A stretch of 64,000 nucleotides of DNA from the NCBI GenBank assembly GCA_965235115.1, contig OZ249436.1, forward strand, positions 2,730,001 through 2,794,000. Direction: 5' to 3'. Below the pieces are notes generated by a model that searched no databases, was not told the DNA's origin, and worked only from the letters and a program-made list of their open reading frames with translations. Positions 23,412-38,200 of this stretch are shown piece after piece (the stretch's first letter is position 1; each line of letters opens with the position of its first letter). Both the position numbers and the translations under genes were made by a program. The stretch is from Laetmonice hystrix (taxonomy: Eukaryota).

Positions 23412-26400
23412 TTAGCGACTGTAGGGATGGTATCCATGTCCGCCTCCGCGCTTGGCCTTGTATCCACCTTGTTGACCTAGAACAATAGAGAATTCAACAT
23501 GATAGCCATGTTAAGACCCACAATGCTGCGTGCTCAAAACCTATGATCTTTCAAAACAGATCACAATATTTATACACAGCATCTGAGCTGTGGAGAGCAC
23601 CTCTAGTCCCACGGGTCAGCAATGTTTTGCATCTTGCATAGTGGCTCTGCAGCATGAGCACATAGCTTGCTTGACTGGCGAATCAGAACTGCAGAAATTT
23701 CTAAGATTGGAGACAGCAACGGGTCTCATCAGCTGATCTTCCACAGTTTGACACAGTTTGCCAACTTGGGCTGAGCCAAACACTATTTTATCCTGTCCAC
23801 GCAGGCAACTTTTTGGAGTGTGAACAAATGGCAACACCAATATGTCCGGAGGCAGATACACATGCACAGGACTTGTTCGACCTAGGAACCGCAATCCTAG
23901 GTGTACGAATTGAGAACAGAAGTCTTGCGGGATACTTGCATTTCAGGTCTTTTCTGATGTATGAAAAAGTTTCCCGAACTAACACATCCATAGATGAAGG
24001 GAAGTGAACTGAAACAAAGCGTCCAAACACTTCCAGCATTTCTTCTCTCACTGTCTAACTTGTTGGCCTTGAAATTGCTTGTATACCACAAAACCCCCTT
24101 GATTTCAAAGGATGTTGGGACAAAAGAAACATTTTACAGTGGTGCAGGTTGTCGTCGATACTCTACATTTTCACAACACAACTAGGTGACATGAACACCC
24201 ATGGCCATGTATATACTATGTATATACGACTTGCATACATGGCACTGGAATGCAGTGCTTGACTGAGTAAGCATGGTAGACCTGCAAACAGCAGGCCAAA
24301 GCATCTGAAGGTGGCACCTGTCCTACCTACTACCCTATCTGTTACAATAAGTGTACAAGTTGACATGGAAACAACGCTAGAGCACACAACGGCTATACAT
24401 TAACACATAATGGGCCAGATAAACAGCACACAAAACCGCATCCATCATTGCACAGTACATCTCAGTTTTATAGTTTCAATAAATTACTGCATGCACAATA
24501 GTACACAGCCAACCACTACTGAAATACACTGCTCAGATACATACCAAAGTGTCATGCAAACCCTTCCTTACATATGTCCCTAAACCCCAATAAAGTAATA
24601 GCCAGACAAAGCGAAAATAAAGTTCATTTCTGACCCCAAAAAAACACACACTTGTGTATTTATCACAGTGTGGACAGTTTGTATTGGCCAAATTGCAGGT
24701 GAGACCGCCTACTACTAGCGTCTCCCCCCCCCCCCCCCGTTTTTTTTTTTCTGGGCCTGTGTACTCAGCCCCCTCTTGAGGACAAAACATTGTCGTGACC
24801 GTTAGCCATCCAAGCTTTGTTTCTGGTAGAAAAACAATTTTGCAATGAATTTTGTTCACCAATAATAACAAAGACTAACAATAAGATTTGTCATGTCATG
24901 GATGTGTGCCTTGTGTTGAGAATCTGGCCCCCCAGGGATATGTATGTGAAGGGGTGTGGCGACTCACCTCCTTGATTGTTGTTGCCATAGCCCCATCCAC
25001 TGTAATCATAACCTTGTACAAAAACAACAAAACACATGTCAGCGCCACCATAGCCCTTGTACTTCTTCACTCATATAAGTACAGCAAAACCTCATTAATT
25101 CAACCCACTGCGATTCATAAATATCAGAACCAGGGAGTATGCTTATTAGTGGCCATGCTGACAGGAAAATACTCACAATTTCTTAGGCAGGTAATTCTTT
25201 TCATTTTAATCATTTCTATTTCTGTTAGGCTGAGTCCATATTGCAGGACATGAGCCACCAAAGTAATAACTATTTCTGACTAGCCTACTCCCTGAGAACT
25301 TGCCAAATCATTTTCAACCAACATAAATCAAATCAATTCCCTATCGATGGTAGATAAAATTAATGAAGTTTCACTGTACGGATCCTGTTAATATGGGCGA
25401 AAAGGGTACAGGTACACACCTCGGGTTAAGCATCTGCCTGCTGACTTTTTCACTAATGCCCCTGTTCATAGTAAGCACCATTTTTAACTTCCCTCAAATT
25501 CCACTTCATAGACTTTATCTTGAACGACTCGCATGAATAATATCATGCCTTTCCGTTTCTCAGAATGGTAACCCAAATCTCAGTGAAATATATGCAACCA
25601 CCCTGTAATTTAAGTAAGAATATCTCAAATGAGATTCTCATCACTTCATGCCCAAGCTATGAATGCAAAACAGATGCAGCTCCTAGCATAAAATTTCTGA
25701 TCCAATTATTTTTTCTTATTTCAAATATCTAGATGTTGTCCCTCACTTGTTCACACATGCCTCCGTGACCATATGTGACCATGGTATCAAGGCACGAACG
25801 CTTTGCCAAAGGCCCTTTTTTCTACAAGAACTAAAAACCTTTTGACTTGAAATTTCTGAAATATCTAAACACTTTTGAAAAACCGCTTCAAGAATTCTGC
25901 GCTCTTGGTAGCCATTTACTTAATTACCAGGCATACAATTATTTGAGAATAAAACATGCAAGTAAGAAGAAACCAAATATAACAAGATGTGAAAAAGTGT
26001 ATTGTAAAGTCGAGTTTCATATCTTTCATGTTAAAAACATTGATATGAACTTAAATCCAAGACCATCTCCATCCTGAAATTGAAGTACTAAGCCTAGATG
26101 CTAACATTTTATACATGGATAAAAGACACCACCCTAATGCTGGCATTGCCTATGAAAAGTCATTTTGTTTTATACCTCCTTCTGGTTCATGCATTTTACA
26201 CTATACATCAGAATTGAATCATGCATGCTCATTGCACAAATACTCCTGAAAACATGTCAAATATATTGATGGGTGGTGGAGCTGTAGGTTTTGTTCTACC
26301 AATTACTATGATGAAATAAAATATCTTGTACACTGAGACATTTGATAACTCGTATACAAGCCATCCCATCAATTTCTTTTTAGTTAAAAGTTACATATCA

Positions 26401-29400
26401 CCCATTCTTATTTGTGCATGATCTTTGTTCTGCATAATCCATTCCCAGTATATATGTCAAACTAGAGAATGTAACCTTGCTGCAACAACTGGTAAATGCA
26501 GACTTTAAATAAACCTGATAGTTTAAATTTACCTTGATCTGCAGTACTAGATGCCGTATTGCTTGTACTCATATCAGTGCCATCTACCGAAAAATAAGAA
26601 GAATCTGTAAGGGCGGAGTAAGGAGGTAGTTTTATTACTCTGGAAGTGCAATTATTGTAGTGCAATTTCGATTTCAACAAAACATTTTATCTTCCCTACA
26701 GCTTAGTGAGTGACATGTATGCCTTCACTGCTCAGATAGGATGACTTGCTTACAATTTTATATTTGCATACATTTTGTAATTCTCATTCCCATTCGTCTT
26801 CAATAATTTTGAGAAAAAAATAAAATGCAACCTGCAAAGTTTCTGAGAAATTGTGCCAGTATTTTCCCTCCAAACTCTTTGATTACAACTTGTAATGCAT
26901 CCTTAAATAGAATTTGACTTGTGAACCCAAGGGGCTTTGGCAATAACATTGGTGTTGTTGTATGTTGCCAATGATCAGTGTTGATAAATTACTGAAGGGT
27001 TTCATGCACCTTTCAACTACACTGGCCAATACAAGACAAAAAGCAGAACAATAACGTTAGGGGTGAAAAATTCATTCTTCCTACCTCCATATCCTCCGCC
27101 ATATCCACTTCCATAGTTGCCATATCCTCCTTGGTTGCCCCAGCCTTGGTTGTAGTAGCTGTTGTAGTCGTAGTTTCCGTAGTAGTTGTTATCATAACCT
27201 CCATAACCCCCGTATCCGCTGTAGTCATAGCCGCCATAACCACCACCGTTGTTGTAGCCTTGGTTTCCTCCCCAGCCTTGGTCGTAGCCACCTGCGGGAT
27301 ATCAAAGGATAATGAAGATGGCAATCGTTTATAGCTGCATAACGTCCAATCATACATGGATCCTTATTACTTTCATTTCCACCCAAAATTCTCAGAAGGC
27401 TATACAGGTTTCTGGGCAGCATTTTGTGGAAATCAAAATCCCTGAGAATTTTCCAAACATCAATGATGAGAAAAACGTTTATTAAGTTATCAGGATAAAG
27501 TTCCTTACAATTTTCATAATTTGGGCTATTCTAATGACCGGCCAACCAGAAATTTTACCCAAGCAATCGACACAATTAGAAGAATTACAATCTCGCCAAA
27601 ATTTACCTCGTCCACGACCCCGTCCACGGCCGCGTCCTTCATAACCTCCACGACCTCTGCCATATCCACCGTACCCTCCATATCCACCGCCATATCCATA
27701 ACCTTGCTCATTCTTTGGTGTTGCCTTTTTCACGTCAACCTATTAATATGCAGAAAGCAGAAATCCATCAATTTGCACCCCTTAAACCTTTACCGACAGT
27801 AATCCAACAGCAGACATTTAAGTCTTAGTCAAATACTTGTAGGGACCAAGTGCTGTTACGAGAAAAGTCCAAAATACAATATATGATAATGTACAATAAT
27901 AATACAGAACTGGGTACATTCTATCTTCGATCATTGTTTGCTGCCCATTATGTTGTAGCAATCAATACAGTAAAATGACAAGCCAGGCTTTAGCTTGGCA
28001 CTGCTTTGAGCAAAGGTTTAGTCTGTAAAAAATAAGGAAAAGTAAAACAAACCTTAAACATTAATACAGCTATAGTTAAGATTTATATTTTGAGTGAAAC
28101 GTTATACAATGAGTACACTTTTTTTCTTCACTTTAAATAAGAAAGCTAAGCATAATGGGCACTTAGTGTACCCATCACAAGATTATGAGCATTAGGAGCA
28201 TTTACTTTGCTCATAATGGTCATAAAGTAAATTATGGTAATATTGGTATAGAGATAGGAACCATATGGGGAAAAAAAATTGGCTGGTTATGTAATGGTAA
28301 CCGTAATGATCAAAAGCTTTTTTTTATTCTGGGTATGAATGCAAGGTAACATCGCATGAAGATGTAACCTTTGTTTGACAATCGGTCGATTGTGTTGGGG
28401 TCTCCCATGCTCATGTACCTCAATTGAGTTCCCTTTGTCACCACTGAAAGAGGGTCCGGCTGTAAAGTGGAACAAAAGGAAACATCATTGGTATGTGATC
28501 AATAGACAACAGAAGAAAAGCATGGCAAAGACGATGCTTTACTTCCAACATCCACTGTACTTTACCTTTAGTCTTGGAATATATTTTACTGCAAAACAGA
28601 ACCAAGGGGGCTCGACGGTTATACCTTATAGAAGATATGGTGTATGATGGTTTAACGTCTACGAGACATGGGCCATACACAAACTACTTGATTATCTGAA
28701 AAGGAATTACATGAAATTCGAAAAGGGATGGGAAGTCTGATGGACTGAAGATGGACCATTATAAGCAACGATGGTAGTACGACATTACTCCAACGGGAAT
28801 GATGTATTAACGCCTTAAGTGGGGGATAACCTGTAAAAGAGAAAGAAAATACATTCTAGTAGATTGAGACCTTAAGACTCACTAACCCAGACACATTAGC
28901 TTCCCGTGACAGGGTCCATGCAGGCAAGGTCTATACATACCCTCTTTCCGCCAATGTCTTGTTTTGGTTGTTCGCACACTTTGTCAACAACTTCTTCTGT
29001 TTCAAATGTGACGAAGCAGAACGCCCGACGCTGGTTCTTTTGTTTGTCAAATGGGAGATCAAGATCGACCACCTGAAAAATCATCAGAGATTCACATTAA
29101 TGGTTTGCTGTCACAGAAAGTAATCTTTCAATCACACTAAACGTCACAATCTACACAAATAGTTTTCCATATACATACCTTTCCATATTTTTCGAAGTAT
29201 TCCTTGATCTCACTCTCTGGCACACTTGGGTCCAGACCACCCACAAAGACCTTAAGGATTGGTTCTCTGCCTCCCCGTGCCTTGGCTCTCTTTGGGTCAA
29301 TGTTTCTGCCATGCAGAAGATGCGACTTCTCTGCCAAGACCTGAAAGCAACAAGCAGAAATTCCCTGTAAATTTCAGACCTTTGTGTAACAAACTTTCAC

Positions 29401-32400
29401 CCTATTGAAAACAAAGTCAATGTTTACATTGTGCCGCACAGCTAGACATTTTTAATAGAACTATGTAATCAATAAAAATCAGCAGCAAATTCATGAATAA
29501 TTCTGCGTTAACTGCAGGGCTTTTAAATTTCTCTGCCCGACATCCCAGGCAATATTATTGGGCAACTCTTCCTCACTTAAAAGTAGGCAAATGTTTTCAA
29601 CCAAATTTAGTAACTTGCCATCTATAGGCCAATTTCTTCTACAAATTCTGCAACCCAGAACTTTTGAACAATGATTCCACTTTGCAATTTTACATGCTTT
29701 AGTAGAGCATCTTGTCAATACAAACAGGTGGTACACATCAAATACATTCAGCTAATTACTCTTTACAACTTGGCACTTCACAGTAGGAAATCTAGATTCA
29801 AATCTTTGCCTACTCTCTCATTTCTACCAGCATAAAAACCAAACAAGGCCTTCAAAAGGTCAACTATGCCTGCAAAAGAGTAGAGGGAATCCCATTTCAA
29901 AAATGCAATATCATTCCAAGAGGAATGAGTCCACAGCAATTCACGTTGGGTGTAGGAAACACATGAAGCAAAAATCTGTTACTAAAAGGCTATGGAGGAG
30001 AAAAAGTGGCATGAATCACAGCAGCAAACAACGATACAAACACAAATGGGAGTAGCAGCAGCTGACAAGAATCTGGCTCCAAGTTGTACAATCTTACCTT
30101 GTCAACTGTGCCCTCCTCAGAGAAAAGAACAAACCCAAAGCCACGGGACCTTCCAGTTGAAGGGTCCTGTTTGATCACACAGTCCAGAACTGTGCCAAAC
30201 TTGGAGAAGTACTCCTTAACGTCCTCTGCAAGAGAGTTGGGTTAGTTATGAAAGCATAACCAGTCTCACCTTTTCAACACTTTCTGCCTCTCCAAATAGA
30301 ACAAATCCAAAGCCCCTTGATCGGCCTGTGGAGGGATCTGTCTTTAATGTGCAATCTAGAACTGATCCATACTTCGCAAAATACTCTTTAAGGTCCTCTG
30401 CAATGGCAAGGAAAATTTTCACATGCAACAGTCGCAATGGCAAAGAACATCAAAATAACATTTAGTGTACTATCATACTTTAGCTTTTTAACTAGTACAT
30501 CGTTGCTACATAGCACAATTTCAGGTTACTCTGCAAGTAATGGTGTAGACAACTGATAATAGAACCTGATTTCACCCATTTTTTCATTTACTTACTGACT
30601 GTGGTCTCCCAACTCAATCCTCCAACGAAGATTTTCCTGCAGGGGAAACAAAATAAATGTTACGAGACCACTTCAACGTTCTTTTTGAACAATTCTGTAC
30701 ATAGCCAAAGAGCTCATGATGGGGTTAGAAGTTGATGGTCTCCCCTCCATTTAAATTCATTAGGTGCAACCAACAGATTGTTACATTGTCACTTAAAGGT
30801 GTTGCAGTAACTTAAAAAGGGTGCTCTCTGATGCAACTTTCCATTTTTTTTATTAAATCTGTTGTGCAAGTGTGCCATTTATAACTTTGTTATGGTGTGC
30901 CCTTATCACAAACAAGCTTTTTACATCTCATGGGGAGAGAGGACCTATCCATCAAATTCAATGGATTACATTAGACAGCATTTTTTTCATGTAATGTAAA
31001 TAAATATATGACATGCTTTCCACTTCAATGTACATGGTTCCATGTTGCTGGTCGCTATTTCAACAACTGCTACTACAGTCACTTGCCTTATTTTTAAAAA
31101 TCTCATACCAATTACAGATCTAGCAAGCAATATTTTATAATATTGCCACTACTTGACCAACTGAACATCACATATTTAATCAGCAACCAGGTACATTGTT
31201 CAGTGTACTGCACACGAAAGGCTAACCTTTTACCAAAAGCACTACATTAGCTTCATTTATAAGGGTGCCTTTCATATGTGAAAGCCACTAGTCAAGATCC
31301 TATATCCTATGGATATTGAACACATTTGTACTGGAGCGCATAATACTATTACAGATTAGTCACTTTAATGTGTACACCTTTCCACACAAGTTTGAATTCA
31401 AGTAATTCTGATGTATAATTACATTAAAACAAGTATCCAAAAGAGGGCAAAAAGGATTGCAATACCGGCACTGTTGCATTTTGTTCCAGGTTTTTTAAAC
31501 AAGAGTGTGTGCATTATAGTGATTTTTTGGTGTGATGCAAGAGTTCCTAACTGAATGGAACAGTTATACAGATGAAATCCTGCGCTCTACATAAAGTGGT
31601 TGCACGGCATCAGTGTGAAATGGTACAAACGAGTCGTTTCAGATCCATTGGATATAGCCTCCATATACTAGCAACCTGAATTTGTAATCCCAAAGTATTT
31701 TTGGTGATGAAATAGTCACATACCATTCATTTTTTTCATTACTCTGCATCTGCGAACCTTCAGGTCTGTAAAACAAATGGCAAGAGTTGGACCATTTCAA
31801 CTGTTTTCCCTTCTAAAAAATACTACACATCTCCTTCAACCCCTTCATGAGCGCTACGGACAATTTAATCTCCAGCCGCTTTTAATATTACCTTAAATCT
31901 TACTCCTAATGTCTCCTCCGAAACATTTTGAAAGAAAAAACCGATTAATGATTTTAAAAAACTCATTGAGGGCACATCTTACATGTGCCAAAACCCGAGT
32001 ACATTGAATGATTCTACGCGCTTCGCAAATAACGCGGCCAGACAAGAACATTCCCGATTTTCTTTGTCTCCACTACTCTCCTCGCTCACACTACGTACAT
32101 GTGCCGACTCGCGAACGCAGGGAAGCCGAAGCGACCCTCTGCCAAAATTGGTAATTTACAGTAACAACGATCACGGCTTCCATAACCTAACTCACACAAA
32201 TATCTTACAGTACAATTAACGGCGTCATCAGTTGGCAAGAAATATCAGAAAATGGTCCGTGTTAAACGCACACAACACGTGACCCGCACTTGGCATTGCC
32301 TGCCCCCCGCGTTTCCCCTGCACTGCCACTGTGCACAACCGCTTCTTTTCCTCAGTCGGCCTAGTTAATAGGGCCGTTTCTAGTCCCACCACAGTCGATA

Positions 32401-32981
32401 AAAATCTAAAAATAAACACAAAACATTCGTCTCCGTCCGCTACAGGTCGTTTGCAATGCATAGGCCAGTAGATAACCGTGGTCTTTTCGTCTCAAAAGAG
32501 CAGAATTTTTAAAACGTCACTGCGCCATCAGAGGTCATTGTCTAGGATAAAGCGCCGGTACAGACGCCTCCACTGTCGCCGATCTACATAGCCAGTCCGT
32601 CGGGCCAAATCGTTGTACTGAAATTCCAGTCAACCTTTCTAGAATTTCGACACTCGCACTTTGTCTTTTTCTGCCAAAAGCAATAATGTACGCACAGTCG
32701 TTACACTAGCTACAGCTAATTATTCAAAGCATGCCAAATTGGTGTCCACATTTTGCGATTTCCGCAAATGCGTCAAATTCAAAATGGCGGACCAAACGGC
32801 TCTACCGACCACGCGGACTTTACCTATCGTCTTCGTCGTTCTTTGACGCGTTGATTTTGTCACCCGGGTTTGCTGAAGAATTGTCTGCCCCTCCCTGTTC
32901 GTACTCTGCCTGTTCGGTGTTTTCGGTGCTCTCCATGTACTGTTCTTCGCCGTTGGCGCCCGCAAATTCGATGTCTGCCAT
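23412..32981 (-). CDS. hnRNP A/B/D-family RNA-binding protein (squid-like): 2 RRMs, RGG/Gly-Tyr tail, PY-NLS; ~356 aa
   Basis: Exons 32981-32824, 30636-30596, [30397-30270 or 30225-30098], 29340-29179, 29072-28941, 27739-27607, 27291-27085, 25012-24968, 23476-23412; [39 protein letters not shown]-terminal [12 protein letters not shown]. Confidence 0.93.
30098..30225 (-). CDS. hnRNP RRM1 alternative exon 3b
   Basis: 128 bp, ag/gt flanks, [43 protein letters not shown]. Confidence 0.9.
30270..30397 (-). CDS. hnRNP RRM1 alternative exon 3a
   Basis: 128 bp, ag/gt flanks, [43 protein letters not shown]. Confidence 0.9.
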
Positions 32982-33059
32982 GGTTATTACGTGTTGTGTG
33001 CTGCGCTTCTTCGCCGTGAGAGAACGAAATATATTGCCGCAGTGAGGAAGGAGCTTGTC

Positions 33060-33130
33060 GGCTATCACGTGACGACTCGGTTCTGTTTTGTGATTGGTCA
33101 GCAGCGCTGACGTCACGGGGGCGGGCGGCA
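33060..33130 (-). promoter_or_regulatory. Core promoter of the hnRNP gene
   Basis: E-box TCACGTGA (33065), CCAAT (attgg 33093), CRE TGACGTCA (33108), GC box (33117), ~85-145 bp upstream of the ATG. Confidence 0.7.
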
Positions 33131-33752
33131 GACGCCGCTAGTACCCGGATTCGCTGCTCGGCGTGGGTTGCAGCGTTGTAAAAATAGGAATGGAAATGAT
33201 GGACACGGAGCCCGCACTAACAAAGACTGACTTGCATTGTTATGCTTAGTGTGTGTGTTGCCATTTTCACGCCACTATGAACCTGTAGGCCTAGAAAAGA
33301 GGATAATAAATTATGTAGGGCCTATAGCCTAGCCTAACTCAGCACATTAAAACAATAATTATAGGGAAGTGACAACAGTAGTTACTGACTACCCACACAG
33401 TCACAGGAATATGGCGGGGGTGGGGGTGGGGGGGGGGCTACTGAGGCCAACTCTATGATGGTGGGGGCCGGGGTGGGGAGAGGCAGTGACGGATCCAGCT
33501 TTGGGGGGTTGGGCCGAATCCCCCACCAGAGCTGACTGACCACAACAATAATTATAGATAGGGGTACGGTACTATCATTTTGTCATTTTGCAGAAAGCTC
33601 GTGTTGCATGTCGGAATTAATGAAACGGGGGGGGGGGGGCAAGCGCACGTGCCTACATATTTTTTAAAACTACAAAATTCACCACCAGTTGATTGTAATG
33701 TCTATGACCTAGAGTCTATGATTTGAAGAGCTAAGAACATTATATCTAGATA

Positions 33753-33994
33753 CAGGGCCGGATCCAGGATTCTTTTCAAGGGGGGGGGGGGGGGACTTGA
33801 CAGTTGAAAAAAAACACTTTATTACCAAGATATAGGCTACATTTATATATTTTGCTCCTTTGCCAACTAAAATAGCATTGTGCACTGTGCATTGGGGCAA
33901 TCTGGTGGAAATCTGGCTTTAGCATGTTCAGATAGAATTCTAAGACGAAGGGGGGTTGCAACCCCCCACCCCCACCCCTCTGGATCCGGCCCTG
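33753..33994. mobile_element. MITE with CAGGG termini
   Basis: cagggccggatccag / ctggatccggccctg, internal poly-G/poly-C tracts. Confidence 0.65.
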
Positions 33995-34224
33995 TACTGT
34001 AGATATAGGCATAGACTGATAATAGGCATGGTAGGCTATATGCAGAGATGGCGCAGGCAATTAAAACAAGAACAAAACTACAGTATTAGTTCATCCCCTG
34101 CAAAAAGCCCCTACACAGTTTAGCGACGCCCCTGTCGGCCTGGGTGTGGGCGCATGTGAGTGGACGGAAAGAAGCGGGAAAACAGCATCTCTGGCCTGAC
34201 CCCTGGCGTGCAGTTGAGGAACCT

Positions 34225-34357
34225 TACGGAAGTGTGTTGCGCATGTGCTGTTGCTAAGTTACGATGATACTACGGGCCTCGGGGCTGTCAAAATACAGGT
34301 CGACCTACCGTGTCTTTGCTTTATTCAGTGCAAGTAACTACCACACCACGAAACAAA
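34225..34357 (+). promoter_or_regulatory. Promoter and probable non-coding first exon of the EF-hand gene, with RFX X-box
   Basis: ETS cggaagt (34227), tgcgcatg, X-box GTTGCTAAGTTAC (34250-34262; reverse GTAACT-T-AGCAAC), donor aaa|gtaagt at ~34357. Confidence 0.55.
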
Positions 34358-35276
34358 GTAAGTGCTTTATTACTGAGAATTATTTATAAGGTTTAGGGTT
34401 CAGGTTCAGAATCATTTCCCAATGTATTATTGTCATTTTTCTTCGGAGAGCTACATCTATCTATGGCGTAACGTGAACGTTAGGCTTTTTAGCCTCGTCT
34501 TTATTTTTCTTTACACAGTCACGGTGACAGTCATAACATAACCTACCGACCTGCGACAAGTTAACTTTTAAGTTACACTCCATAAAAAGAGACACTTTGC
34601 CTCTGTGATAGGCCTCGCCTACGCCACGAGCACGATTTAGTAGAGCGATCGAAGCCCTCGAAGGCCAGGGATAGATCCAGGTATAACGTTAACGTTATAG
34701 ATCTAACGTTAGTGTGTTAACGTTATAGACTAGACTGCCTAGAGTCTAGAGGAGGCTGCAGTGGCGAACCAACACAATATGTGGGGAAGGGGTGGGAGGG
34801 CAGGGGGGAGGCGGGCGCTCACCCATCCAAGTCAAGCATGGCCATGGCGTCGTGTGTGTGTGACCCAATCAGAATCTCATAAACTAAAAAAATAACTAAT
34901 TAGCAAACATGTACTATGTAGCATGTAACTTCATTCAGAAAAGGTAACGTGTTACAGTAACTTACACAAATGAAATGAAAAGTTCCTCATCCAGTTGGAC
35001 TGTCTGTCGCTGTGTATACTGAAATGCAGAAAAACCTAGTCTCCTACTAGACCTAGATCAGCCCGTGAGTGGCTGTAAGTATAAACTGTAACGTTAACTG
35101 TAAAACTAAAAGTGTAATATAATAAATTACATGTAATTCTAACGTTATTATAGCCAGAGTTCCCATCATCATTGTCATTAATCATTAAATTTGCACCGTA
35201 AGAGTAAGAGTAAGCAATCGCAGTATTTCTCATGGTGTATTTATTTCTTTATCTTGGTCAGATCTGCATTGTCATA

Positions 35277-38200
35277 ATGACGGCAGTAGCACAAAACGTT
35301 GAAACCCAAATAAGGACTACAGCATTAACTAAGCGGATACGTCCATCAGAGTTCTTTCTTGATTTCGATCGACTACGGTCGGGATTTGTGACAGGTATGT
35401 GATAACTTGACTCTTTAGCTCTACTCATTTTTTATATGTTATATTGTGTACAAGATTACCAAGAACAAAGTTTAAAATTAATCTCCCAGCCTGATTAACC
35501 AGGATAAAAAATGCTCCAATTTTGCTCCATTATTTTCATGATAATGCTGCTTTGGAAGCTGCCATATATAGAAATTGTCTATCTCCTTCCCTTTAAGTTT
35601 AACTCCGATGATCTGGGACTGTACTGACAATCACTTACAACGCTTCTAGTGATGAGGGTAATTTACATAAAAAAGTAAAGTAAAATGAAAAACTTTCTCT
35701 TTCAGAAACACAGTTCTTCCGTGTATTGTGGGAAAATCTTGGGATTAAGCTCAGCGATGACCAGATACAGATGTTACGTTCAAAATATGACCTCAAAAAG
35801 GATGGTCGCATGAATTATCGCATGTTTTGTAATGTTATCAACCAGCCATTTGATCCCAGGAATCTCAATGAAGATCCATCAAAACAACATATTGTGCCAC
35901 CAGAGTTGTAAGTTACACTAATGATTCATCATACTAAAGTACTTTAAATATTGGGTACAATTTCCAAGATATGACATGTGTATATTGCCATTGATACATA
36001 TTTAACTTAGTTTTATCAGTTCTAAGTCCTTATAACTAAATGGTCATTGAATAGCATACATGCAGCTTGACAATATTTGCAAGGTTTTTTTCCTGATACA
36101 GACTTGGCACAGTAAGGTCCCTGCGCCCTGTCAGCCCAGCCTCTGAAGAGCAGATACAAGACCTGTTGAGACAGCTGCAGTCCCATTACACATATCGTGG
36201 CGTCAATCTGCGTACATGCTGTGAAGATTTTGACAGACACCACATTGGTGTCATTCAAGAAAGTCAGGTAGATATCATCCAGATCTGCCTCAACATGTGA
36301 ATAAAAGAAATTTATTTTCTGGAAAAGACTAAAGCAGTGTCTACACATAATGGATGTATCATTCACCTTGAAGTGTATTTTTCAATGTTTATTGTAGTTC
36401 TACAGGAGCTTTCCCCGGCCACCTGAAGTGACCGAGGCCCATGTTGAGTTGTTGGTGAGAAAGTACAGTGACCCTGATCGACCTGGTCTTCTCAACTACC
36501 TTAACCTCCACCATGACTTGCTTGCCATTGGCCAGCAGATGGCAACAGAGTCTGCACCTGCACTCCCTCCAGTTGCAAACCTTCAAGACTTTCTTCCCCC
36601 TCAGGTGAGATTGTAGCAACCATCGTAAATTGTATGGCCAGAAAATTATTTCCCCCAGTACACTGTCTAAAACACTAAATTACTAGAATTATAAGGATCA
36701 AAATTCTTTATGTTTTTAAAGCCTGGTGCAGACATAACCCTACAAGAGATCTTTGATCGCATCCGCATTGCTGTATACAAGAACCGGGTACGCGTATTGG
36801 AATTCTTCAAAGATTATGACAAGCTGAGAAGTGGAATCATCACAGAAAACCAGTTTATCTGTGGTCTCTCTCTAGCAATTGGAAAGGAGGCCCAACTCTC
36901 ACGGGCCGAGATCCAAAAAATTGTGGAGTTTTACACTGTTGAAGTTGGCCGAGTACAGTACAAGGAGTTCTGTGATATGATGGAAAATGGTAAGATTTTG
37001 TTTAGATTTAAAGATTTAGTGAGAAGGTCTGTGGGGGGGTCTGGGGTCTCTTTCTGATGAAAATGTTGATCCCTTAAATTATATTTCAAATGTAGACCAA
37101 TATTGTCACGAAACTTGAAAATAATATTAACTGGTGTTGCCTGTACATGTAAATGTTTGATCCCTGTAACATATATTACATTAAATTTCTATTGCAGCTT
37201 TTAACATTCTAGACTTGGAAAAAAAACCAACATTAAATGTGGTGCGTCCACCCGAGGGAGCTCTTGGCAGGGTAAGCATGGTGACCTGCAATGCTAATAT
37301 TAATGGTCGGATTCCTTAAAAAAAACTTACAAATTCATGATGTGCAGTTAGACTGGAGGTTTGGCACTTTCAGAACCTGCCAAGTATGACTGACGGAGAA
37401 GAGGCACGTGTAGATGAAGTACTTAAACAGATGTCAGACCAGGTGAACAAACGGAGACTGATGATATATCAATACTTCAAGGATTATGACAGGGTGAGTC
37501 TGCCTTTCATACATACAACTATGTAACTATGGCAACTACAACTTAATTAGCCAGGTCTGAAAACTTATGATTCATATTTGATATCTTAACCCGAATTATC
37601 ATCATATAATATCAATTAACCACAGCCATTGCTGTATCAAGTATCAAGTCTCTAGAACTTAAACAGGAAAAACCAACATTAACATTTTCTCTACTTGATA
37701 CAGAATTGTCTCGATACACAATGTCCATGTCAAAACTAGGGAATGTTATTTGACTTTGCCATGATTTGGAACTGTTCGTACAGAGCAAGGGTTATAGTCG
37801 GGTAATTACACCCACCCAGTTTGGCCGCATTCTACACTTCCTCAGTCTCAATGTAGCACTAGAGGACTTCAAATTGCTGTGCTGCAAATTTAAGGACCCC
37901 ACCACAGGCGACGTCAACTACCCAGCATTTGTTCAGTGTGTGGATAAAGGCAGGTTTTTAAAAACTTCATCTATGGCTGTAGTAATTTTATATTCTTTGC
38001 CAAAATTAAGTTCCAAATATATCTTCTAATAAGGTACCTCCGGTAGATCACGTAATGTTGTATAGATGAGAAATTTCTACGATTTCTCTTGGCACTTTGA
38101 TTACAGAATTCGTAAACTACACACAGGACTCTTGGAATACAGAGAAGCGAGTGAAGTCGCCTGTTGCTAAGACTGAAGGTCCCATCGATATGAGCTCTGT

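Noticed and set aside
23615..23735. Intronic C/D snoRNA in hnRNP gene
   Set aside because: Isolated TGATGA/CTGA matches without terminal stem or recognisable guide.
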